DNA of 64,000 nucleotides from Bacteroidia bacterium (lineage in GTDB: Bacteria; Bacteroidota; Bacteroidia; SpSt-205): contig BPGV01000001.1 of NCBI GenBank assembly GCA_026003215.1, positions 1,303,089 to 1,367,088 of the forward strand. The letters run 5' to 3'. Made by a program: the position numbers and the translations under genes. Each line of letters begins with the position of its first letter. Position 1 is the stretch's first letter. Below, piece after piece: positions 38,267 to 48,464 of this stretch. Below the pieces are notes generated by a model that saw only the letters and a list, made by a program, of their open reading frames with translations, searched no databases and was not told the DNA's origin.

Positions 38267-39718
38267 ATGCCCTGGCTAAGGTATATCCCAGGTCTCTCCC
38301 TCCTCTGGGCACAGGTAGCCTTCTACATAGAACCTGTACGCTACTACACTTTGGAAGGCGAACCCTACATAGAACTCTTCTTAGGCGTAGATGCTACCAG
38401 TGTACAGCTTATCTCCACCAACGGTGGGTATGGGGGTACCGTAGATTTCGCTCTCATTCTCAAAAATGATAAAGACGAAGTTATCTACGCCGATAAGTTT
38501 CGCTTTATCCTGCCTACCCTACCGGATACTCAGCTCACCACACGCCAAAAACTTTATACGGATATTCGTCGCTTACGCTTACCGTTGGGGCTCTATACCT
38601 TAGAAGTAGAAGCCACCGACCCGAACCAAAAGCCACGTCCCCAACAAGTCAAGGCTATTACGCAGTTTGAGGTGCTGCCACCCGTACGGGGTTTTGCATA
38701 TAGCGACCTCTTGTATGCCCGTCGGATTAGCCCCAGCACCGAAGAAAAAGCCTATGTCCGCCACGGCCTGACCATAGAGCCGTGGATCTCTAACGGCCTA
38801 ATTGTAGATCCGGACACGCTTTTTGTCTATGGCGAGCTGTATCATGTAGATAGCTTGACCAATGACCCGTATTTTCTGCGGCTGCGGGTCTTGAATGCCC
38901 AGACCGCTCAAGAAGTGCCTGAGCTGCACTTCACCCGACGGCCCCGCCGCCCCGCTCCCTTTGAAGCTTTTTATTTTACCCTACCCCTCACTAAGCTCCC
39001 CTCCGGCATCTACCTCACCCAACTGGAACTCTGCCGAAATGACGGTGAAGTGCTCATAAGCTGGTATCGCCGATTCGTCCTCTTTAGTACCAAAGAACCC
39101 CTCGTAGAAGGCACCGAAACCGAATACGACGCTAAATACGGCTTCCCCGAAAACCAGCTCAATGAGCTGCTCAGCGCCATGACCTACTTAGCTACCCCCA
39201 CCGAAAAAAGCTTTATCCAAGCGCTCTCTACCTTTTCTGAAAAGAAACGCTTTTTCGTAGCCTTCTGGAAAAAAAGAGAGCAGCAACTCGGCGCTGTACC
39301 CTTTAAAGAGTTTCTCCAACGCTTCGAATACGCCAAACAGCACTTCAAATCCTCCATGCGTCCCGGCTGGCGCACAGACCGGGGGCGGGTCTTTATTCAG
39401 TACGGCCCTCCAAACGACATGCAGTTCTTTTACAACGAACCCGACAAATACCCTTACCAAATCTGGACCTACAACCAAATTGGTTCCCAAGGCCAAGTTA
39501 TTTTTGTATTCTACGACCCCGACCTCATTACGAATGAATATCCTCTGCTCCACTCTAATAAGCTGGGCGAGATCCAAAATCGGAATTGGCGGGCGTTTCT
39601 TTTACGCGCACGCGCGGCCTCCACGGGTGAGACAGAAAAATATCAGCGCTTCGGCAGTGGGAGTGCTTTTCTCTTTCGGGATGACCAGACGATTGGCTTT
39701 ACGCGGGATGACCGCTAA
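38267..39718 (+). CDS. GWxTD domain-containing protein
   Basis: PGWRTDRGRVFIQYGPP, PYQIWTY; signal peptide ending WAQ. Confidence 0.88.
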   Translation: MPWLRYIPGLSLLWAQVAFYIEPVRYYTLEGEPYIELFLGVDATSVQLISTNGGYGGTVDFALILKNDKDEVIYADKFRFILPTLPDTQLTTRQKLYTDIRRLRLPLGLYTLEVEATDPNQKPRPQQVKAITQFEVLPPVRGFAYSDLLYARRISPSTEEKAYVRHGLTIEPWISNGLIVDPDTLFVYGELYHVDSLTNDPYFLRLRVLNAQTAQEVPELHFTRRPRRPAPFEAFYFTLPLTKLPSGIYLTQLELCRNDGEVLISWYRRFVLFSTKEPLVEGTETEYDAKYGFPENQLNELLSAMTYLATPTEKSFIQALSTFSEKKRFFVAFWKKREQQLGAVPFKEFLQRFEYAKQHFKSSMRPGWRTDRGRVFIQYGPPNDMQFFYNEPDKYPYQIWTYNQIGSQGQVIFVFYDPDLITNEYPLLHSNKLGEIQNRNWRAFLLRARAASTGETEKYQRFGSGSAFLFRDDQTIGFTRDDR

Positions 39719-39735
39719 ACCGTTACCTTAGGCCT

Positions 39736-40068
39736 ATGGAGACCCCCGAGTTTGGGCTGGTGTATGTGGTATGTGCCTCACCCGAGGAAGCGCGCCACCT
39801 GGCCCGCCTCGCGTTAGAAAGGCGCCTGGCGGCCTGCGCTAATATCTTTTCTCCGCTCCACTCGCTCTACTGGTGGGAAGACCAAATAGAAGAAGCCCAA
39901 GAAACCCTCCTCCTGCTCAAAGCCCCCTACACCTACTACGAGGAGATTGAAAAACTCATCAAGCAACACCACAGCTACAAAGTGCCCGCTATCCTGCGAT
40001 TGCCTATCACGCAGGGATTACCCGAGTATTTCCGCTGGCTGGCCCAAGAAACGGGATTTGATTACTAA
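39736..40068 (+). CDS. cutA: Divalent-cation tolerance protein CutA
   Basis: LAACANI, SLYWWE, HHSYKVP. Confidence 0.92.
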   Translation: METPEFGLVYVVCASPEEARHLARLALERRLAACANIFSPLHSLYWWEDQIEEAQETLLLLKAPYTYYEEIEKLIKQHHSYKVPAILRLPITQGLPEYFRWLAQETGFDY

Positions 40069-40876
40069 GGGGATAAGCCTTTTCCTCCTTATCCTACCCG
40101 CCGACACCGGGCGAAAAAGTATGCGTTTTTGGGGCGGTGTAACCCTCAGCTATGCCGTTTTATACGCTGCCCCGATGGCGAGCTGGTATGAGTGGCCCAC
40201 AGCGCAGGGATGGCGATTCTTCAACGACGGGACCGAATGGAAACAAATGGACAAGCTCGGACACGCCTGGACCACCTACCACCTCAGCGCTATCTATCGG
40301 GATTGGGCGCTTGCGTGTGGCTATTCCCACCGCAGCGCACGATTCATAGGGAGTCTCGTGGCTTGGAGCTTCCAAGCCTCCATAGAGATAGCCGACGGTT
40401 TTTTTCCGAAATGGGGGGCTTCGCCCTGGGATATGGTAGCCAACACCGCCGGCACTGGACTTTTCTGGCTTGCAGAAGGGCTTAGGTCCACCCCATGGCG
40501 GGTAGATTTACGGTTTTCGTTTCATCCTACGGCTTATGCTCGACAACAGCCTGACCTTTTAGGGCGAGGAGCAGCCCAAATGCTAAAAGATTACAACGGA
40601 CAAACCTACTGGCTTTGTTTTTTTCATGAGCGCTTTCCGGTGGGGATAGCGATTGGCCATGGGGCTACCGGTCTTTTGGGCGGATATGGCCAGCTTCCTC
40701 AAGCGCTTATCGCTCAACGGGAAAAACGCCAGTGGCTCCTCAGTTTGGACCCGCACTGGGAGAAGCTCCTTCGGCGCCCCCGTTGGGCTTTGCGTATTTT
40801 TGTCGGTATAAAGACGCCTTTTCCTGCGCTTGTGTATGCTGCCCCGAAGGTTCGTCTGGCTTGGGTGTATTTTTAG
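40058..40876 (+). CDS. DUF2279/YfiM-like protein (alternative start 40121)
   Basis: FFND..EWKQMDKLGH, IEIADGF...WGAS.WD..ANTAG, KDYNGQTYW. Confidence 0.78.
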   Translation: MITKGISLFLLILPADTGRKSMRFWGGVTLSYAVLYAAPMASWYEWPTAQGWRFFNDGTEWKQMDKLGHAWTTYHLSAIYRDWALACGYSHRSARFIGSLVAWSFQASIEIADGFFPKWGASPWDMVANTAGTGLFWLAEGLRSTPWRVDLRFSFHPTAYARQQPDLLGRGAAQMLKDYNGQTYWLCFFHERFPVGIAIGHGATGLLGGYGQLPQALIAQREKRQWLLSLDPHWEKLLRRPRWALRIFVGIKTPFPALVYAAPKVRLAWVYF

Positions 40877-42071
40877 TCTATTGGCTTTGGCACCGCCCCC
40901 ACAATCCTATCGTCCGCAAGTAAATAGCCTCTCTGCCCCTGACACCGTCTGGCTGGCCCGCTTCTTCACCCAGAAGGCTCCCCACCTGCTCCCCTACCTC
41001 CAAGAGGCCAAAAGGTATCACCTCCAAATCCTCTACACGCAAGTCAATCGCGACGCCAAAAACCGGCCGATACTCAAACACTATGCTTTTCGTTTAGATA
41101 CCACCGAATACTTTTATCCTGCCAGCCTCATGAAGCTCCCCCTTTGTGCGCTGGCCTTAGAAAGGATAGCTTTGCTGAAAGGGCAAGGTATCTCCCCTCA
41201 CACCCCCTTTCATTTAGAACCCTCGCCCAAAGGGTGTCTATCGCAAGTACCGGAAACTCCTTACAGCGTAATAGACTGCATCCGCCGTCAGCTGGTATAC
41301 AGCGACAACCCAACCTTTGATTACCTCTATGCCCTCGTGGGTCCAGCGCATGCCACACAGTTACTGAGGCAGCGGGGCTATGCTTCAGTGTACTTTGGGC
41401 ATCGGCTGGCCCGCAGTTGCACCCCAGAGGAAAACCGCTGCGCCGAAGCGGTGACCTTCCTCCCAGAAGGGAAGCCGGCCTACCGGCTGCCTCCCCATTG
41501 TGCGGAGCAGTTCCCTCCGCATCCGTACGACCATCATCCCTACCTTACTACCGCCCAAGCCAATGCCCTCAGCCTAAAAGATGCACATGCCTTTCTGATA
41601 AGTCTTATCTTTCCCCAGGCAGTGGCTCCGCGCCAACGCTTCCAGCTTTCCGCCAACGACTATAGGCTCCTGCGCAAATATCTATCCATGTATCCTTCGG
41701 AAGCTGGGGATCCCGACTATCAGCGGCCAGACTTTCACGATGGGGTACGCAAGTATTTCCTGGTGGGGGGGGATACGGCGCTCCCACCCAGTCGCATCCG
41801 CATCTTCAACAAAGTAGGCATGGCCTATGGGTACCTCAGCGATGTAGCCTACATTGTAGATTTTGACTTAGGCGTGGAGTTTTTCATCTCAGCGGTGATA
41901 TATATAGGCGAAAATACCCCCGGCTATCCTCCAGCCCAAGGCTATCCCTGGGCCAAAGGGCTATACTTTTTCAAAGAGCTGGGCTGGGCCTTGTACCGCT
42001 ACGAGACCACCCGCAAACGTCCTCACTTTCCCGACCTGTCGGCCTTCCAGTATGACTACCGACGCCCTTGA
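40836..42071 (+). CDS. Serine hydrolase, class A beta-lactamase-like fold
   Basis: YPASLMK (SxxK), YSDN, FNKVG motifs; signal peptide. Confidence 0.75.
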   Translation: MLPRRFVWLGCIFSLLALAPPPQSYRPQVNSLSAPDTVWLARFFTQKAPHLLPYLQEAKRYHLQILYTQVNRDAKNRPILKHYAFRLDTTEYFYPASLMKLPLCALALERIALLKGQGISPHTPFHLEPSPKGCLSQVPETPYSVIDCIRRQLVYSDNPTFDYLYALVGPAHATQLLRQRGYASVYFGHRLARSCTPEENRCAEAVTFLPEGKPAYRLPPHCAEQFPPHPYDHHPYLTTAQANALSLKDAHAFLISLIFPQAVAPRQRFQLSANDYRLLRKYLSMYPSEAGDPDYQRPDFHDGVRKYFLVGGDTALPPSRIRIFNKVGMAYGYLSDVAYIVDFDLGVEFFISAVIYIGENTPGYPPAQGYPWAKGLYFFKELGWALYRYETTRKRPHFPDLSAFQYDYRRP

Positions 42072-43749
42072 GCAGCGTATACGGGTCCTACCCGAGTCCA
42101 TCATCAACCAAATAGCCGCCGGCGAGGTCGTCCTACGCCCTGCTTCCGTCCTCAAAGAACTCGGCGAAAATGCCATAGACGCCGAAGCCTCCACGATTTC
42201 CTTATGGACAGAGCAGGGCGGCAAAATCCTTATACAAGTCTCCGATGATGGGATAGGCATGTCGCCTATTGATGCGGAACTATGCTTTGAACGGCACGCC
42301 ACCTCCAAGATCCAATCCGCCCAAGACCTTTACCGCATCCTCACCAAAGGATTCCGGGGGGAGGCGCTGGCCAGCATCGCCGCCGTCGCCGAAGTAGAAC
42401 TTTTTACCCGCCGCCCCCAAGACGCCTTAGGTACGCATGTGCTCATGGCCTTTGGCCAAAAGCGCCTTACCGAACCCGTACGCTGCACCCCAGGTACCAC
42501 GGTGATTGTACGAAGGCTCTTCCATCGCTTGCCGGTGCGTCGCAAATCCCTCCGTTCTGACCTTACGGAACATCGCCATAACCTCCAAGAGTTTCTCCGC
42601 CTGGCGTATCCGCATCCCGAGCGCCACTTCCGTTTTTACCACAACCAAACCCTCCTCTATGACCTCTCCCCCGCGCCTCTCTTAGAGCGCATCCTCACCC
42701 TCCACCCCGACCTGCCCCCTAAGGCCCTCCTCCCCTTGGAAGAAGAAAGCCCCCTTTTCCGGGTCTATGGAGCGCTCGTGCCGCCTGAGTATACCCCCTC
42801 CACTAATCGTGAGGGCTTCCTTTTCGTGAATCGTCGCTACATACGCCACCCGGGCCTTCAGCAGGCTATCTATCAACTCTATAAGCCCTTCTTACCTGCC
42901 GAGACACGTCCTCTGTACTGGCTCTTTTTAGACATTCCTCCTGACCAAGCCGACATCAATGTAACCCCCTCTAAAACAGAAGTGCGCCTCCTCCACGAGT
43001 TAGAAATCCGCGCTATGCTAAGCAGCATCGTCCGGCGAACCTTAGCTCGGAGTACGTGGACCTTGCCGACAGAGTGGCTCCAACCCTCCCCAGCGACGCT
43101 GCCTTCTGCGCCTTCGGCTCCGCCGCCGGCCGCAGCGCCACCCCCTCCACGACCGCTCCCGCTAAACCCAACGCCGCCCCTTGCCTCCGAAAAACCGGCC
43201 ACCCGCTTGTCTTTTTTGGTGATGCACGACCGGTACCTCCTTCTACACCTGCCGCCTGAAGCGTGGCTGATAGACCTGGTGGGCGCCCACGAACGCATCC
43301 TCTATGAAAAACATCGACAGGGCACGCCGGCCTCGCCCCAGGGACTCCTTTTTCCTGTCAGTGCCCCAGCCACACCCCTACAACTGGCCCGCTTAGCGGA
43401 GCTCCTCCCCGAACTAAACGCCCAAGGAATACACATAGAGCTGCGCGAAGGCCGAGAAGCGGTATTACATGCTATCCCCGCTGGGCTGCCTCCTTCTGCA
43501 GGGACACCTCTTTTAGATTTTCTCTTGGAGATAGCGCAGACAGAAGCCCTTCCCCCTGATTGGCGGGAAGGTTTGGCTCGCCATATCGCCCGGCATGGCG
43601 TACCCCGGCCGCCCTACACCCTCACCCCCGAAGCCGTAGAAACGCTCTGGAACGCCCTCTGCGCTTGCGAAGAACCTAACTACACCCCCGCCGGCCACCG
43701 CATCCGCTTCTACCTCTCCCCCGAAGCCCTGGAAAAACTTTTTACCTAA
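42052..43749 (+). CDS. mutL: DNA mismatch repair protein MutL
   Basis: NQIAAGEVV.RPASVLKEL.ENAIDA, HATSKI, GFRGEALASI. Confidence 0.93.
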   Translation: MTTDALEQRIRVLPESIINQIAAGEVVLRPASVLKELGENAIDAEASTISLWTEQGGKILIQVSDDGIGMSPIDAELCFERHATSKIQSAQDLYRILTKGFRGEALASIAAVAEVELFTRRPQDALGTHVLMAFGQKRLTEPVRCTPGTTVIVRRLFHRLPVRRKSLRSDLTEHRHNLQEFLRLAYPHPERHFRFYHNQTLLYDLSPAPLLERILTLHPDLPPKALLPLEEESPLFRVYGALVPPEYTPSTNREGFLFVNRRYIRHPGLQQAIYQLYKPFLPAETRPLYWLFLDIPPDQADINVTPSKTEVRLLHELEIRAMLSSIVRRTLARSTWTLPTEWLQPSPATLPSAPSAPPPAAAPPPPRPLPLNPTPPLASEKPATRLSFLVMHDRYLLLHLPPEAWLIDLVGAHERILYEKHRQGTPASPQGLLFPVSAPATPLQLARLAELLPELNAQGIHIELREGREAVLHAIPAGLPPSAGTPLLDFLLEIAQTEALPPDWREGLARHIARHGVPRPPYTLTPEAVETLWNALCACEEPNYTPAGHRIRFYLSPEALEKLFT

Positions 43750-43845
43750 GCTCCCCACTCTGATAGTTCTGCAACTCCGCCCAATCTCCAGCAACTCCCT
43801 CTTAACTCACCCAAAAAGAGAAAAAACTTTTGTCAGAGCTACTAT

Positions 43846-45069
43846 TTACCCCAACGGCGGCTGGGCGGGGATACCCCATAGGCGTTCCAGCCAGGAGAGC
43901 GCTTCTTCTACCGCTTTCTGAGGACTAAGGTTTTCAATGCAGGGGACAGCTTTCCGGGTAGAGAAGGCATACCCACAGTGCCACCCACACCCAAAGCAAG
44001 GCAAGCTGTGAGTCAAAACTTTGAGCGCAAACGGCGCCTCTGCGGGATAAGGCACAAACTGCCCCCAGTGCCCTCCTCCCGCTATCATCAGCGTAGGTAT
44101 CCCTAAGGTTGCGGCTATGTGCACCAACCCTGTCTCCGGCCCCACCACCACAAAAGCATTCCCTACCTTCCGCGCCGCCTCTAAAAGCGAGAGCTGCCCA
44201 CACAGATTTACAGAGGAACCCATAGCTAAATGCGCGCTAAGCTCCTCTGCCATAGCCCGGTCCCGCGCCGTGCCCAAAAAATACACAGGCAAACCCGATC
44301 TTCGTTGAACCGCCTGTATAATAGATTGGAGAATAGAGCGGGGGGGAACCCTATACACCTGGCCCGAGGAAAGCACGATAGCCAGGTAAGGGCTCCCATT
44401 AGCAAAGGCTTGCCATTTATTCCGGAGCGTAGCATATATAGAAAAATCCAGGCGGGGCCACCCGCCGGTACGCAGCCAATGCTGATACCGAATCCATTCA
44501 TGTATAAGCGGGGGCAGCTGCGACGGCCGGACTTCATGATAGACTTGTCGGTCTATCCATCGGCCGAGCCACCGGGGCTCAGCCGCCAAAGGGGTGCGTT
44601 CCCAGGCGATTTTTTGTTCGGCAGGCAGGGCCCAAGCCAGCAGATCATCTAATAAGCTACGACGCGCATACGTAGTCTGCCAAAGATAGCGAGCGGGACT
44701 AAGGCGTGTACGTAATGCGTGTAGCACTTCTCGGCGATAGGCAGGCTTGCGCCGAAAGTGCTCAGGACGGATAGTCAGGGTTTCGGCAAAAAGCCCGGTT
44801 TCTGGCACCAGCTCTTCCCAAAGCGGATTAGCTAACAAAATGAAAGGCTCGTGGGGAAAAGCCTTCCGCAGGGCTGCCACAAATGGAAGCCACAACCAAA
44901 AATCCCCAATCCCATCCAGCCGTATAAAAAGGTGGTAGGGTTTCTCTACAACAGAAATGGGAGAGGAGCGCTGGTAGGCGACCCCCTCTCCCATCGTAAT
45001 AAGCCCTCGCAGGGTGCCTTTACTTTTCCAGAGGAGGCGCTGCCCCCCCTGGCGCAGCGCAAAAAGCAT
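43846..45069 (-). CDS. Glycosyltransferase family 9 (ADP-heptose transferase-like)
   Basis: RLDGIGD, NLCGQLSL, GPETGLVHIAA, C-terminal CFGC...C. Confidence 0.82.
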   Translation of the reverse strand: MLFALRQGGQRLLWKSKGTLRGLITMGEGVAYQRSSPISVVEKPYHLFIRLDGIGDFWLWLPFVAALRKAFPHEPFILLANPLWEELVPETGLFAETLTIRPEHFRRKPAYRREVLHALRTRLSPARYLWQTTYARRSLLDDLLAWALPAEQKIAWERTPLAAEPRWLGRWIDRQVYHEVRPSQLPPLIHEWIRYQHWLRTGGWPRLDFSIYATLRNKWQAFANGSPYLAIVLSSGQVYRVPPRSILQSIIQAVQRRSGLPVYFLGTARDRAMAEELSAHLAMGSSVNLCGQLSLLEAARKVGNAFVVVGPETGLVHIAATLGIPTLMIAGGGHWGQFVPYPAEAPFALKVLTHSLPCFGCGWHCGYAFSTRKAVPCIENLSPQKAVEEALSWLERLWGIPAQPPLG

Positions 45070-46199
45070 TAAAGATTACCTCTTCGTGCCTGCTCTCGCT
45101 CTATCGCCTCAAATAACGCCTTGAAGTTTCCTTTGCCGAAAGATTTAGCCCCCTTGCGCTGAATAATCTCATAAAAGACCGTGGGCCGATCCTGCACAGG
45201 CCTGGTAAATATTTGCAAGAGGTATCCCTCCTCATCTCTATCTATCAAAATGCCGAGCTCGGCAAGTACTTCCAGCGGCTCATCTATGGAGCCCACCCGT
45301 TCTAAGACCGTCTCATAGTAGGCCTTAGGGGTCTCCAAAAATTCCACGCCCCGCCGCCGCAGCTCACGTACGGTATGTATGATATCATCTGTGGCCAGGG
45401 CGATATGTTGCACACCTTGGCCGTGGTAAAATTCCAAGTACTCTTCTATTTGGGACTTACGGCGGCCCTGAGCCGGTTCATTTATGGGAAACTTGATATA
45501 GCCATTGCCGTTAGCCATGACTTTACTCATGAGGGCGGAATATTCCGTGGAAATATCCTTATCATCAAAGGAAATGAGCTGTTGGAAGCCCATTACATCT
45601 CGGTAAAAGGCCACAAATTGGTTCATCTCGCCTAAATACACATTGCCCACGCAGTGATCCACGTATTTGAAGCCCACCGGCTCACTTTTTCCGAAGCCTT
45701 CCCACGGCATAAATCCAGGTAAGAAAGGACCCTTGTAGTTCGTGCGCTCTACGAAAACATGCACGGTGTCCCCATACGTGTGGATGCCGGAGAGGACCAC
45801 CTCGCCGTGTTCGTCTTGGAGGCGGGTAGGGGGCATATACGATTTACCCCCGCGACGGGTGGTTTCTTCGTAGGCTTTGGTGGCGTTCTCTACCCACAAG
45901 GCCAGCACCCGCACGCCATCGCCATGGCGGTAGATATGGTCGGCGATAAAGTTACCCGGATGATACGGGGTGGTGAGGACGAGGGTGACCTTCCCTTGTC
46001 GTAGCACATAACTTGCTGCCTCCCGATAGCCGGTCTCTAACCCTCTATAGGCCACCGGCTGAAAGCCAAACGCATGCTGGTAAAAGTACGCCGATTGCTT
46101 GGCGTTTCCTACATAAAACTCAATATGGTCCGTACCTAAAATCGGTAAAAAGTCTGCCGTTTGCGTAGGCGTAGAAAGGATTTCGGCTGTCGTACTCAT
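45069..46199 (-). CDS. hppD: 4-hydroxyphenylpyruvate dioxygenase
   Basis: DHCVGN, QIEEYL, GVQHIA, LLQIFT, FGKGNFKALFEAIE. Confidence 0.97.
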   Translation of the reverse strand: MSTTAEILSTPTQTADFLPILGTDHIEFYVGNAKQSAYFYQHAFGFQPVAYRGLETGYREAASYVLRQGKVTLVLTTPYHPGNFIADHIYRHGDGVRVLALWVENATKAYEETTRRGGKSYMPPTRLQDEHGEVVLSGIHTYGDTVHVFVERTNYKGPFLPGFMPWEGFGKSEPVGFKYVDHCVGNVYLGEMNQFVAFYRDVMGFQQLISFDDKDISTEYSALMSKVMANGNGYIKFPINEPAQGRRKSQIEEYLEFYHGQGVQHIALATDDIIHTVRELRRRGVEFLETPKAYYETVLERVGSIDEPLEVLAELGILIDRDEEGYLLQIFTRPVQDRPTVFYEIIQRKGAKSFGKGNFKALFEAIEREQARRGNL

Positions 46200-46201
46200 A
46201 G

Positions 46202-47386
46202 TTATACGGTTTTTTGGTTTTGTGTTTCAGGGAGCCAACTCAGGTAATAATCCGGGGTCTCTATGTGCAAGGCTTCTGGGGTAAGCAGGAGAGGGCGGAA
46301 GGTATCCACCATCACGGCCAGTTCTTTGGTTTCTTTGGCGCCGATACTTTTTTCTACGGCGCCGGGGTGAGGTCCATGCGGTATCCCCATCGGGTGTAGC
46401 GTAATCATGCCTCGCTCCACATGCTTGCGGCTCATAAACTCCCCTTCCACATAATAGAGCACTTCGTCGGAGTCCACATTACTGTGGTTATAGGGGGCAG
46501 GTATGGCTAAAGGGTGATAATCATACAGCCGAGGTACAAAAGAGCACACGACAAACTGTCGGGCTTCATAGGTTTGATGCACTGGCGGCGGCTGATGCAC
46601 CCGGCCCGTGATAGGCTCAAAGTCATGAATAGAAAACGCATACGGATAGAGACACCCATCCCACCCTACAAAATCAAATGGGTGCGTCGCATAGACGTAA
46701 GTAAAAAGCTCCCCGCGCTTTTTGATTTTCACCACAAACTCGCCAACCTCATCATGGGTCTCTAACGCTACGGGCGGGCGAATATCTCGCTCATAAAAAG
46801 GGGCATGCTCCATGAGTTGGCCGTACTCATTCATATAGCGCTTCGGGAAGCGAATAGCCCCACAGTACGACTCAATAATAAAGAGGCGATTCTGCGGGGT
46901 ATCAAAATGAAACTGGTAGATGGTTCCCCGAGGGATGTGTAAATAATCTCCGGGCTGGAAACGTACTTTTCCATAGCCGGTACGCAGCTCGCCTGTGCCT
47001 TCATGTACGAAAATCAGCTCATCTGCCGACGCATTTTTATAAAAGTAATCGGAAAAGCCCTTTGTAGGCGCAGCTAAGGAAATATGCACATCGTCGTTGA
47101 AAAGTACCACCACACGGCTCTCTAAGTAATCGTCCTTAGGCCCTATTTGGAAACCTCGGAAAGCCCGGTGTTTCATATTGTTAGGCACGGCTGCCTTGGG
47201 TCGCAGGTCTATGGTGCGTTCCTCCACAGCTCGCACCATCGTGGGAGGATACACATGATACACCAGGCTATACAAGTCGGAGAAGCCTTCTGTACTGATG
47301 AGCTCTTCGGCGTATAACTTGCCGTTGTTTCGGAACTGGGTATGCCGCTTATGGGGCACCTGCCCCAGACGCACATAGTAAGGCAT
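46202..47386 (-). CDS. hmgA: Homogentisate 1,2-dioxygenase
   Basis: HPFDFVGWDG, HQPPPVH, PYNHSNVDSDE, HGPHPG; directly upstream of hppD. Confidence 0.93.
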   Translation of the reverse strand: MPYYVRLGQVPHKRHTQFRNNGKLYAEELISTEGFSDLYSLVYHVYPPTMVRAVEERTIDLRPKAAVPNNMKHRAFRGFQIGPKDDYLESRVVVLFNDDVHISLAAPTKGFSDYFYKNASADELIFVHEGTGELRTGYGKVRFQPGDYLHIPRGTIYQFHFDTPQNRLFIIESYCGAIRFPKRYMNEYGQLMEHAPFYERDIRPPVALETHDEVGEFVVKIKKRGELFTYVYATHPFDFVGWDGCLYPYAFSIHDFEPITGRVHQPPPVHQTYEARQFVVCSFVPRLYDYHPLAIPAPYNHSNVDSDEVLYYVEGEFMSRKHVERGMITLHPMGIPHGPHPGAVEKSIGAKETKELAVMVDTFRPLLLTPEALHIETPDYYLSWLPETQNQKTV

Positions 47387-47390
47387 ACCA

Positions 47391-47444
47391 CAAAAATAAG
47401 AAAAACTTTCCTTTTAGCGCGACCCCTTTGCCAGAGTACCTTTG
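47391..47444. promoter_or_regulatory. Divergent pair of -7 elements
   Basis: Minus TATTTTTG (47398-47391) 4 nt before hmgA ATG; plus TACCTTTG (47437-47444) 3 nt before ATG 47448. Confidence 0.65.
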
Positions 47445-47447
47445 TCT

Positions 47448-48464
47448 ATGTCCATGGCTCCCCTCTCGCTCCCTATGCGTGTATTTTACTTCCTCAGTCG
47501 GATCGGCCTTATCCAAGATACCGGCCAAAAAAGCCTTGCGCAAAGAATACTCGTAGCCTGGTCCCTCCTCACTAAGAAGCGCCTATACACAAAAGCCATC
47601 GTACCCAGCGTCTTTCTCACTGCTTTACGAGTACTATTAGGTAAAACACGCCACAAGTTTCTTCTACCGCAACCAATAGATTTAGATATTTTACCCAGCA
47701 ATCTTGCCAGTTTAGGAGAAGTCTATGCATATTTTCGCCTTGTCAGCGTAAGCCCTGAACATAATAAGCTTGTTTGGGAAGTGGGGCCTAATTGGCATCT
47801 CATTACCCATACCGATTATGGCCAGGATATCGCCGTTATGCGGGAAGTTTTCCTACAAAAAGTGTATGGAGCGCACTATAACGGCCTTCAAGTAATAGAC
47901 ATAGGCGCCTATCACGGGGAAACTATGCTTTTTTTCTTGTGGCAGGGATGTCAATCCATAGTCGTAGTAGAACCGTACCCACCGGCCGTGAAGCGGATTG
48001 AAGAGCTTGTTAGGATAAATAATCTTGACAAAAAAGTGCGCTTATTTCCCGTGGCTGTTGGTAAAGAAAACGGCGAAAGCTGGCTTCTTGTCTCGCCTAA
48101 TGACCTCCTATCTAACGCTCTACAAAATGAACATCCTAACCAGGCACCCACCACCTTTTCCGAAAAAATAGTTGTTCCCGTCTGGACCTTTTCCCGACTA
48201 ATCGAAGAAATAGGCTGGGATGCCGTAGATGTGGCAAAGGTAGACTGCGAAGGGGGCGAATACGCTATCCTCCTCCATACCCCCCCAGAAATCCTTAAGC
48301 GAGTCAAGGTTTGGGTTGTGGAGTTTCATAAGGGGGCTGGGCTACTGGTAGAAAAATTTAGGGAAATGGGCTATGAAGTAGCGTGGGAAGAGCGCCCCGA
48401 CAAGGTGGGCATGCTCCGCGCCTGGCAGCCCGGGGCTAAGCTGCCTTGGGACCATGCTCGGTAA
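47448..48464 (+). CDS. FkbM family methyltransferase
   Basis: VIDIGAYHG, VEP, KVDCEGGEY, VEFH. Confidence 0.85.
   Translation: MSMAPLSLPMRVFYFLSRIGLIQDTGQKSLAQRILVAWSLLTKKRLYTKAIVPSVFLTALRVLLGKTRHKFLLPQPIDLDILPSNLASLGEVYAYFRLVSVSPEHNKLVWEVGPNWHLITHTDYGQDIAVMREVFLQKVYGAHYNGLQVIDIGAYHGETMLFFLWQGCQSIVVVEPYPPAVKRIEELVRINNLDKKVRLFPVAVGKENGESWLLVSPNDLLSNALQNEHPNQAPTTFSEKIVVPVWTFSRLIEEIGWDAVDVAKVDCEGGEYAILLHTPPEILKRVKVWVVEFHKGAGLLVEKFREMGYEVAWEERPDKVGMLRAWQPGAKLPWDHAR

Noticed and set aside
4383-38320. Signal peptides nearly all followed by Gln
   Set aside because: Known Bacteroidota Q-rule (pyroglutamate formation); used only as taxonomic evidence.
43750-43845. 96-bp gap between mutL and the GT9 gene with a doubled GCAACTCC and weak terminal complementarity
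   Set aside because: Too short and weak to call an sRNA, MITE or terminator.
1109-47386. Amino-acid catabolism genes as a dedicated cluster
   Set aside because: They are scattered among unrelated housekeeping genes; this reflects lifestyle, not an operon.
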